From positions 27,344,001-27,408,000 of the forward strand of contig NC_087251.1 in NCBI RefSeq assembly GCF_037042905.1: DNA of 64,000 nt, written 5' to 3'. The notes beneath the pieces were generated by a model. It had not been told where the DNA came from and did not search any database. It worked only from the letters and a program-made list of their open reading frames with translations. The translations under genes were made by a program, and so were the position numbers. Each line of letters opens with the position of its first letter. Position 1 is the first letter of the stretch. Positions 40,111 through 50,619 of this stretch are shown one piece after another. The DNA is from Lytechinus pictus. Taxonomy: Eukaryota.

Positions 40111-40152
40111 TCGCTGGAGAGCACCCGGCGTATGCTGCAGATGGCAGAAGAG
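40111..40152 (+). CDS. SNAP25: SNAP-25 coding exon (equivalent of vertebrate exon 3), SLESTRRMLQMAEE, phase 0-0
   Basis: 42 nt. Long pyrimidine tract ending ttttattcag, donor GAG|gtaaga. Peptide closely matches human SLESTRRMLQLVEE and the exon has the same length. Confidence 0.97.
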
Positions 40153-41159
40153 GTAAGATGCGTTTGATAAACTACCCCACTTTAGATGAGTAGTAATGTG
40201 AAGGTATTGCCTACTGAGCCATCCTCTCTTTCTGTTTAGACCCTTTGCAAAATTACAATTATTGACAATATAATTACAAGAAAGTTGCTGCCCTGGGCCT
40301 GGCATAACTTGTAATGCAAAGATTAACTTTCATTCACTGATTAATCTGATGGTATTGATCGGACCTCAGATTTATCATCGAAAAGGATTGCTAACATTAC
40401 TTTGGAAATAAAGCAAACATGATACACTTATTTTCTGTAGTTATAATTTCATCAATAAAATATGAAGGGGATGGGATGGTACCTGGTAATACAAAGTAAA
40501 AACTAAGAAATGTACAACTCTCTTGTAGTTGTTCACAACCCTGTGCAAAAAACAGTGATATACATTCACTGAAGCCCTACATGTCTTCTCCTTTGCTGCA
40601 GTCAATGATTGACATGGTTGCTAAAGAACCACTTGGTCGCCCAACATCGTTGCGAAAACTGAAACGTCTCGGACTTGGCAAGTAACTGCATTCGCTTTAT
40701 TGGACTTGCAGCAAGGCCCTGGAAATGCACAAGGCTTGCATACTAATAGCAACAAGCCGGAGATCGTTATTGCTAAATGCTGTGAAATAGACCGCCTCGG
40801 GGCTGAGTAGCATGCGCTCAAAGACAGCCGGGGATCATGGGAGAGAGGGTCAAATGCCTCGTAAGACGAGAAGTCGATCAAGAAAGATGTGGTCATTTTA
40901 TTCCCTGGATTTGAGCCGATGAGGTTGAAGGGCCAAATAAAGAGCGGCAGATTGTGACTCCCCAGATTGTAGCATATGGAGATGCCATGCAGGGCTTGTA
41001 TTTCTATCGTACCTGGGACCCGCGTAACTCCACTTCAGTCACAATCCCAAATTACCATATTAAAGTTTCAATTGGTTTTCTAGGCAGATTGACTAGGATG
41101 GCTAATATACAGTAGGTTTGTTGGTATTTAATCTTATCTATTGCTCATTTCAATGCTCA

Positions 41160-41478
41160 GGACCTTGTTTCACAGAAAATTACAATGAGTTGATATAACT
41201 AGGTATGGAAGGCCATCCAAGTCACTGGGTTCTCCAATGCTTCTCAAGGAATATCATTGATCTAAGACAACCAAAACTGTCAATGGAAATGCAGTTAATC
41301 AAGGAGTAACAATATTTAAAAAAATGTTTTCTTGAATGTAATGAGAACTATCAAATCTGATTATTCTGTTGGCTTCACTTCAAATGATACCTTTTCCTCA
41401 CCACAACCAATGACTTGTATGGATTTTTATACATATGTGTGAACTTCGGTTAATTTCTCAGTCTTTGTGAAACACAAG
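41160..41478. mobile_element. Degenerate MITE
   Basis: Imperfect IR tgtttcaca...ccatccaagtcactgg / ccaatgacttgtatgg...tgtgaaaca. Confidence 0.4.
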
Positions 41479-43596
41479 AATATTGCCTCCCATGCCACAC
41501 ACAGATACCACCCTTCTGTTCTAAGCAGGTGTACCTATGTTTTGACACTTGTGTTGTTTCCTAACTATTGATGTGGTGGATGTATGATGAGATTGTGTTG
41601 TGAAATGAGTTGATGATGATGTAGTCTTTTGATATTATACCTATTTCTTCTCGTCTGTGTGTGTAATGATTTTTTCATTTTGTACTGTCTACCCAGTTCA
41701 TATATGCCAACTACCTGCAGAAATGACACAAATCGTGGAAATTTTATAGATATGCTCCTTTTAATGGCATTTGGGGTCGTGGTGGTGATACATAGATGAA
41801 TAATGCTCCATCTTTTTTGTAGATGACTTGCATTGGATGTATATCACAGCTTTCTGTCTGACCTTGGCCATAATCTTGTCAAAATCTACAATTTTGCAAC
41901 ACTGTTCCTCTTTGTAGGCCTATATGAACCAGGGTTGGAAGGTACTTACTAGGGTCTGCTGTTGGTGTGTTTTTGTATTTGATGTGATTCTTTTCGTTCT
42001 CTTGTCTTCTCTTCCCATTCTACCTGTCTTCACATCTCCCCAAAATGACGGTTCAAGCTTCAAAAGCTGCTATGAATATTAAGAGTAATAAAAAAAAAGG
42101 TCATACCAAACCAGAATCATGCATCACTTTCCTTAAATTTTGGTATTTTGATAAAATAAAACATTCTTACATTTACCAAAACATTATGTAACACCATATG
42201 TTTTGTTTGATTGATAGGTATAATGATCATGTTTTTTTTTTCTGATTCCACTTCCCTTAGCACTTTAGTACATGACCAAAACTATCTGTATCTGTACAAA
42301 TATTGAGCATAGTCAAACTTCACAGCTTTTAATACATTAAAATACATTAAAGTCTGAAGTACTTTATAGCAGAAAATTAGTTAGCTACTGTTGACAAAAT
42401 AGCTCCGCATCTTTTTTTATTGTTACATATGTTTACCTGTTATAGATTTATCATGAAAATCAAATCAATCAATGAAGGTTTCCTTAATTCCTCCTTTCCA
42501 TCCATTACCTTTCCTACAATACATCCTGTATTTCCAGGTTACATCTCAGGTTCGGGAGGAGGAGTCAATAATTTCATCTTGTATTATTCTAACCTAGATG
42601 AATATAACATCAGGGATGCATTCCACCTACCATCTCAACATCATATGCCTCCTCCTCATCATCACCCTCTCTCCTCTTTTCATACCCCCTTCTTATCCAG
42701 CGTTGGTAATGACAATTTGTTCTGAGATGAAGAAATGTCAGAGCAAATCGTTTTCATACAAGCAGCAGGTTTTTATCCAAGATGATCCCCATATGAATAT
42801 GCATATAGAAGTAAGGGGCAAAAGAGACAAGAAGTCAAAAACATATTTGAAAGTTATTTCCCTTTGAAGCAGTTTTGGTCTCATATGTATTGAATATGGT
42901 GTCAAATCTTCAGTTAATATAAAGATTCATGGGAACAAAATCACTATTACTGAAAGGAGCACAGTTAATTCCAACACCATGACAAATTGGCTCGAGCTTT
43001 TTCTCCCATGCAAACTACTCTGATTCATTCATTTTTTGCTATTAAAAAATCTCTCATTGATTATAATAAGTGTATTGAATAAACTTTTATTCAAGGTGAA
43101 CAATTTGCCACTCTTAATTAGTTTCAGAATTTAGAACAAAAACTTAAACTAGATACATATACTTGCTTCCATCATAGATTGGATACAGCATACAAGCAAA
43201 CAAATTCCTACTTCCAAATTGTTCAGATCAGATGATTCAGTTGTCAATGAGCTACTATCAAAATAATCTTGTTCATAGAATGTGTTAAAAATACACAAGG
43301 CATCTGGAAACGTACCCCAAAATTTTGAAAATAGCTCTTGCAAAGAGGCCTTATTGCCCCTTAAAAATGCTAACAAAAGATGTAACTTTGAATTACCAGA
43401 AGGAGGAAAAGTACATGTAGAGGTAGAGAAGGCAAAAAATCTCTTGTTTGAATATGTTCTGTGCTATATAAATATTGATAATAATGAATATGAGCAATAC
43501 ACACTAAAACTTGAAAAAAAAGATATGGTAGGAGGGGGAAATAATCTCACCCCCTTCCTTACATCTACAGTAGATATGAACATAGCACATATCTAG

Positions 43597-43743
43597 ACCC
43601 TGTTTCTTACTACTTGTTATAATAACAAATAAGCAGTAACAGTTAAAAACTACTAAAATCATTCAATTTGATTGGCTGATAGTGAACTTGTTATAGAATT
43701 TGTTTGATTATTATTATTATAGCAAGTCTTTTTAAAACAGGAC
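43597..43743. mobile_element. Degenerate MITE
   Basis: Imperfect IR cctgtttc...acttgttataataa / ttattatagcaagt...aaaacagg. Confidence 0.55.
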
Positions 43744-45822
43744 GCTTTTGGGTTCAAAACAAACCATACCCTCCCCCTAAAGAATAAGTGGCTCAAATTT
43801 TGAGGTGGATAAGCAAAAAAAAAATACCTTGGATAAGCCACAGGATTGGTGTCAATATTTTGCTGATTTCTCGCTGCAATCCATGTTAAGATTTTCATTT
43901 CAGTGTATATCTCTTTATGATAATGAATAAAAAACCTCAATATTCAGCTCTTGCTAACAAATCTTTCCTCCTTGTGTAAATAATACAATTGGAAAATTGA
44001 TCGTGAAGCTTATAATAAGATACATGTAAATTGTTTGCCCTGCTCCTGAACCCAGAATGGTTTATGAATGCTGTATTGAACGGAACATTCTTGATGCACC
44101 TAATATATAGTAAAAAAATATCACAGCTTAACCTGCTTCCATAACAAGTCTCCCTCTCTGTCTCTCTCTGATTCTCTCTTTCTGTTTTCCTATCCGTGTC
44201 TCTCTGTATCTCTGTCTCTTTTACTCTCAGTCTCTCTGTTTGTGTCTCACTGTCTCTGTGTTCCTTCCCCGTCTTTCTCTGTCTCTCTCTCTCTCTCACG
44301 AACCCTGGCTTTCATTGTAAATCAAGCCCCTTGCACTCTCGCCAATCGCCGTCGCAGGTCGGGATAAATACTCCTTGATTCTCCACGGATATCAATATTT
44401 CACACCGGCTGTAATGACACGGGACTCGTGTGAATAGAAGTGTCAACATTAAAGTTGCACAGGGGAGGCTAGACATCTTAATACAGGCCTGGAATTCATG
44501 GGGCATCTGAAAAGGGGACATGAAAAGCCAGCAAGTCCAGCTTTATTCATTGAGCAAAGATAATTTCATCCTTAGCTTTGGGTAACCCTTGTAAGATTAT
44601 ATGCATTTAAAGTGCTTAATTGATTAATTTGTCATCTGCAAGTTAGTGATTGTGTTACCTGCAATCCCAAATTTTGCATTATTGGTTAAAAAATGTTCAT
44701 TTTCATGAAAAAAAAAATCATTATTTGAAAGATGATTAAGCCTGAATGAAGCACAATTTTAGAAATATTTAGTACTCCTCTCGATCATAAACCTATGTAT
44801 TACCCTATATCACATGTATGTCAAGCATTTATAGACATTTAAACAGAGACAGTTCATTATCAGTATTATAGAAATTGTAAACTATAAACCTATTCAAAAT
44901 ATGTGCAACCTCTTCCCCCCCCCCCCACACCAAAATTTATAAATAATAATAGATGAATAACGAAAAGTAATAATATAACCTAAGAGAAAGGTAATAAGAT
45001 GAGCTTTGTAGTATTTAGATTTAACATGTAAGTTCAACAAACGGAAAATGCACAAGGGCAAGCAAAAAAAGATTATTTGGTAGTTATTTGTAGTTATTCA
45101 ATTACAATGCATATCACACGTATATTAGTGTATTAGTAATTGATAATGGAGAAAAAAAAATTATTAAAGTTAAACAATATAAAAAGATGAGATAATAATT
45201 GCAAAGATGATGATGATTATACAAAATGCATATAGCCATTGTTCTGTTAATGTGAGCATTTGCTCCATCATTTCTGCATTGTCGAGACCTTGTACTCAAA
45301 ATGAACTGTCCCCTGTCAAGATGTCGCTAGCTAGCATAAAGATTCAATTTTACTATTTGTGCATGAGTAGGGAGTAATTTCCACCAGCTTGACACACCAG
45401 CATCAATGTTTGCTAGGAGCATTCAAACACTAACCCTGGCTAAGCAGGCATAGGTAAATTTGAGAAGATGTCCAAACAACGTTCACTCTTCGATTGAACC
45501 AGGCTCTCTGGACATGAAGCTGCTGCTTGTATTACTCTCATTTTCTTCTCCGATCTCGTAATCATTTTTATTTTTGCTCATTTTTTTCATTTTCACTCTT
45601 TACTTTGAATAAAATATTCCTCTTTTTTTTCTTCTCTTTTTAAACTTTCTTTTCCCTCTCTTTCAATCTTTTTTTTGGTTTTTGTTTATATTGCCCTCCT
45701 GACACCCATTTTCTTCCCTAGCTACCTCTATTTTTTCATCTCTTCTCTCTTTCTACTTTTGCCCCTCCCCCCGACTCTCACTTTCTCTCTTGCTTTCCTC
45801 CCTTCTCTCTCCCTTTCTTTCC

Positions 45823-45996
45823 TAATACCTTGGTCACATTTGTTCTAAGGCGGCCGTACGGCGAGTCGAAAACAGCCGTTTTAACATTTTGTGTACCAAC
45901 TACATATACATGTAGGTGGTTTGAATTAAAATTAATCAAACGGCTGTTTTCGACTCGCCGTACGGCCGCCGTAGATCAAATGTGACCAAGGTATTA
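45823..45996. mobile_element. MITE with long, near-perfect inverted repeats
   Basis: About 59-bp arms (taccttggtcacatttg...ggcggccgtacggcgagtcgaaaacagccgttt), TWA flanks. Confidence 0.88.
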
Positions 45997-46312
45997 ACGC
46001 TCCCGCTACCTTTCTTTCCATTCTTCTCCCTAGCCCTCTCTCCAAGGCTTTGTCATCAGGTCATAATGCTGATGTTCCTTTGAATTAATTTTCTCCTAGA
46101 GATGTTTGAATAAGGTGTATAGCTAGCTAGCTTGAGTCAGGCAAAATGAATAGCAAAGCATTCCCATAGGCATTATCCTCATGAACTTGATTTTTTTCAC
46201 ACACACTTTTTTCCCCTGTAAGACAGTGATGATACAGTCCTTTCATTCAGAGCCATTCATTTTTCATTTTTTTGTGTTCTCATCATGTTGAATGTGTTTT
46301 GTATTCATTTCA

Positions 46313-47249
46313 TTTTTGTCTCACCTGCATAGCAGAGTGAGACTATAGGCGCCGCTTTTCCGACGGCGGCGGCGGCGTCAACACCAAATCTTAACCTGAG
46401 GTTAAGTTTTTGAAATGACAGCATAACTTAGAAAGTATATGGACCTAGTTCATGAAACTTGGCCATAAGGTTAATCAAGTATTACTGAACATCTTGCCTG
46501 AGTTTCATGTCACATGACCAAGGTCAAAGGTCATTTAGGGTCAATGAACTTAGACCATGTTGGGGGAATCAACATCAAAATCTTAACCTAAGGTTAAGTT
46601 TTTGAAATGTCATCATAACTTAGAAAATATATGGACCTAGTTCATGAAACTTATACATAAGGTTAATCAAGTATCACTGAACATCCTGCATGAGTTTCAC
46701 GTCACATGACCAAGGTCAAAGGTCATTTAGGGTCAATGAACTTTGGCCGAATTGGGGGTATCTGTTGAATTACCATCATAACTTTGAAAGTTTATGGATC
46801 TGATTCATGAAACTTGGACATAATAGTAATCAAGTATTACTGAACATCCTGTGCAAGTTTCAGGTCACATGATCAAGGTCAAAGGTCATTTAGGGTCAAT
46901 GAACTTTGGCCAAATTGGGGTATTTGTTGAATTACAGCCATAAATTTGAAAGTGTGTTGGTCTAGTTCATAAAACTTGGACATAATAGTAATCAAGTATC
47001 ACTGAACATCCTGTGCGAGTTTCAGGTCACATGATCAAGGTCAAAGAACTTTGGCCACGTTGGGGGTATTTGTTGAATTGCCATCATATCTCTATAAGTG
47101 TATTGGTCTAGTTCATAAAACGTGGAAATAAGAGTAACCAAGTATCACTGAACATCTTGTGCGAGTTATAGTAGTTTTCAAAATCAGCACTGCTGCTATA
47201 TTGAATCGCGTGATGCAGGTGAGACGGCCAGAGGCATTCCACTTGTTTT
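46313..47249 (+). mobile_element. HINE-like element, subfamily A, about 5 units
   Basis: Same termini and core as 6429-7392. Small deletion between ggtcaaag direct repeats near 47040. Confidence 0.88.
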
Positions 47250-47438
47250 CTAATAGAGCGCAGGAGGAAAGAATAGATTTGTTTATTTAATTTGTGTGTG
47301 TGAAGGGTGCATGCGTGTTTGGGTGCGGCTTTGCTCTAATAATCATGACAAAAGAAATTGAGAATTTTTTTAAAAATTTGTTGATATCTTTTTTATATAT
47401 AGTGAGATAGGATATTCCATTTATGGTAACAATTCATC

Positions 47439-47658
47439 AGCGTTCATCCAAACTGTCGTTTCAGTCAATTTTGAGATTTTTGCAGAAAATGAGAATACAA
47501 GTTCTACTCTATTCATATATAAGTAAATTTCTAGGCAGCAATTTATTTTAGTTTTCGAGATATGAGGGGATTTTCAAATTATAGTAAATTTGAAGTCGAT
47601 TTTCTCTGAAATTGGTTACGCACTGTCGTATTGCGATACAACGGTTCAGATGACTGCC
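47439..47658. mobile_element. Degenerate MITE, same terminal motif as 58941-59164
   Basis: gcgttcatccaaactgt at left, acggttcagatgactgcc at right. Confidence 0.45.
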
Positions 47659-48107
47659 AATGAATTGTGTGGTTAGGTAATCTTTGATATTAATAGGCTT
47701 TTCTTGACAAATAATACCCATGTTGATATTATTTTAGATCTCGAGTCATTCATATCTAGGCAAAAAAAATGAAAGCAAATGGCAAGATTGTTAGAGCAAG
47801 AAAAGACATGACATTTTATTTATTGAACCTGCCACCAAATTGATTTTACAAAAGTATAAAAAAGCTGAAATGAGTTCAAGATATTCAGCACAAAAAAAAG
47901 AGGAATACTCCAATGATGAATATTCCCGCCTTGTCACGCTTTCTCTATTTGCCTGTGATGATTTCATGTCTTGGTTGGAGTGCTTGCATTTATCCCTTGA
48001 AGCCCTTTCTATGTATGTTACGTGCTAGCTTTTTCCACTCAGTCCCATAGGTGTGTTTCTGTGTGTGGTGGTATTATTCTTGATGTGACATCTTATTTCC
48101 ATCTTAG

Positions 48108-48156
48108 AGTCAAGATATGGGCATCAAGACATTAGTAATGCTGGATGAGCAAGGAG
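48108..48156 (+). CDS. SNAP25: SNAP-25 exon 4a, SQDMGIKTLVMLDEQG(E), phase 0-1
   Basis: 49 nt, acceptor tttccatcttag, donor GAG|gtaaga. Homologous to human SKDAGIRTLVMLDEQG; includes the zero-layer Gln. Confidence 0.96.
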
Positions 48157-49676
48157 GTAAGAGAAAGAAAAGGGGGCTCAAGGGCTCCGTTTAGAGGGAT
48201 GCAGTCTGCTTTTCAACATTTTATCACCATGTTTATCCACTTATTCTTCACTGGGTTTTTTTTTCCCCAACTCTTATTCATTCTTGTTTGCATGATGTGG
48301 TGAAATGCATTGTTTTCAATCTTTGATCAATTTTGTTACAATATATTTCACTATACGAGTGAAGTAAATGTAATGGTTTGAAGCAATTTGGTGACTGGAC
48401 ATGCACTGTACCTGATTTATCGAGAAAAGGCATACCCTTTTCATATCAACCACAAGCCGATGATGTATTACACCACAAAGTGCTCAATATCATGAAATGT
48501 GTCCCATAATCAATTTTTTACAGTGTGTTTTCAGCTCACTTTCTTGCATCACAACCTACATTTACTTAACAGGGATTGGATGGTTAGTTGGTTTACCGCT
48601 GCGGAGAATGATTCAGACAGTCCTCTTTCTAAGAAATTTAATAAACCAACACAAAAGATTGTGATTATAGAGCGATTATAATTATGAATAAAATATCACG
48701 AAATGTTCCATGAGAATGATAATAAATATATGTCCTTGCCATTCACTTGTTCCAAGTTTTATTGATTAAAGATTGCAAACATGCTGTTTGATGCTTGTTC
48801 CTTTGAAGTTCAGTGCTTCCATAATTTTCTCAATATATTTATCAGGAAGAGGACTGCCTCATTCATTGTGTAGCAATAATAAAAGCTAATCAATCAAAAA
48901 GCAATCCTGAAAGCATGCTTAATGGTATGAGGAAGATTTGTTTTTCAGTGAGATACTTTTTAAACAGACTGCAACATTAGGCAATGATGAAAATCATGCT
49001 GATGCTAAGAAAAGATCTAAAAGTCGAATAATGAACATTTATTGCAATTGTAATTTCTGTGTTTACTTCCTTTTTAAGGACATCTCACATTGTTATTTGT
49101 AACCAATTTTCTGAGAAATTTTTCCCCATTTGTATTCATGCATTTTGGAAACATTGTGCAGTGGTACACTAGCATGAGATCCATTGCCTGACATTGCAGT
49201 TTGCTGGAAAGATTGAAAAGATTCTGTGCGGAAGAAAACAAATCGTGTCAAATCTCAAAAGATAACCCATTAACATGACAATGCTCAGCAAAAAAAAAAA
49301 CATAACAGCTTTATTCCAAGAATTAACTGTGTTATATTGCACAAAAGCGAGAACCTTTGTCATGTAATATGCTCTGCATTCATGTGAATGTAACCAATAC
49401 TAATATCTATTTATGAAATGCTGTGTTTTAAACCACTAAATCTTGACACATTCCATTTTCCTTTTTGCCTGTAGCAAGTAGATTCATGGTAACAGGGTTT
49501 ATTCTATTCAAATCAGTTGTATTTTATTCATTTTTTGTTCTTCGTTCTTTCTTCACTTCTCTTTCGTCCCTTCTCCCACTCTCTCTCTCTCTCTTACTCT
49601 TTCTCTCTGTCTTTCATTTCTTTGTTCCATTACATTGTTCTTTTTATTGACGTGATTGCTACCATCATCAATGTAG

Positions 49677-49725
49677 AGCAAGGAAGCGGGTATCAAGACA
49701 TTGGTTCTCCTGGATGAACAAGGAG
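49677..49725 (+). CDS. SNAP25: SNAP-25 exon 4b (duplicated alternative exon), SKEAGIKTLVLLDEQG(E), phase 0-1
   Basis: 49 nt, acceptor atgtag, donor GAG|gtgata. Same length and phases as 4a, 12 of 16 residues identical, five synonymous differences at conserved codons. Confidence 0.9.
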
Positions 49726-49752
49726 GTGATAAAATAGTGACTGTGCTTGTCC

Positions 49753-49850
49753 CCATGCCCCCATCACACCACTCCTTGCATCTCATCCTTATCTCCATCA
49801 TTAACCCCACCCTTACCCCATCATTAACCTATACCCAACTCCTAAATCAT
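49753..49850 (+). promoter_or_regulatory. Candidate intronic splicing enhancer: YCAY cluster downstream of exon 4b
   Basis: 10 YCAY tetramers in 49753-49824 and an 11th at 49847, starting 28 nt after the exon end. Confidence 0.6.
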
Positions 49851-50557
49851 AGTTGTGATTGCGTAGTCTATAACATAACCTGTACAGTTACAACCATTCC
49901 CAAATGTAGTGTAGTGTAGCTTAACATGTACTCTGCAATCATTGCTAATCAAAGTGTTGTTAATTGAAGTTTAGTGTTAGTGCTTAGTGCTCAGAGTGTG
50001 TATTTATTAACACGTGTGTGTTGCTGTGGAGTTTAAATAACACTTGTCCAGCTGAAATAATTTTTTTTTATTTTCTTCAATAATAGGCATGTTTTAAGAT
50101 GATAGAAAATTATAGGTGATTTTAGAGAAGGGAATTTTGTGAAACAATTGAGGAACAATAAAAATATTTTCCTTTTGATGTTATAAAAGTAGAATATGTG
50201 CATATTCAAAGAAATATGAGGCAATTGAAATGTCCTTATATCACATACAAAATGTAGGTGTAATAGTTACGCATGCATGTATGTAGTATATTGAGAATAT
50301 AGACTATATCATAACCGTATTTCCCTTGAAGTTTTAATACATGACACAATTATGAAATTTTATTTTTCCAATGTTTGCTTTAATATGGAATCAGTTTAAT
50401 TCCCCAGTTGTTTGTTCAAAGAAAAAAAAACATATTTCAAAGTTTTATTAATGTTTTTTTAACTTGAATTATAAAAAAAATCAATAAGTAATATTTTTGG
50501 AATTCAGGTTGATATATTGAAATAAGATGACAAGAATTTATTATTTAAACAAGGCAA

Positions 50558-50619
50558 AAGAATCAACAACATATCTATTGGGTATTCAAAGAATCAACAA
50601 CGTATCTATTGGGTATTCA
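50558..50619. repeat. 31-bp tandem duplication
   Basis: aagaatcaacaac(a/g)tatctattgggtattca twice, one mismatch. Confidence 0.9.

Noticed and set aside
40837..40866. MGERVKCL|gtaaga as an internal first exon joining exon 4
   Set aside because: Weak exonic side of the donor and very short.
48057..49790. Docking/selector RNA pairing between the GU-rich run before 4a and the CA-rich run after 4b
   Set aside because: Only short, low-complexity complementarity; folding and covariation analysis would be needed.
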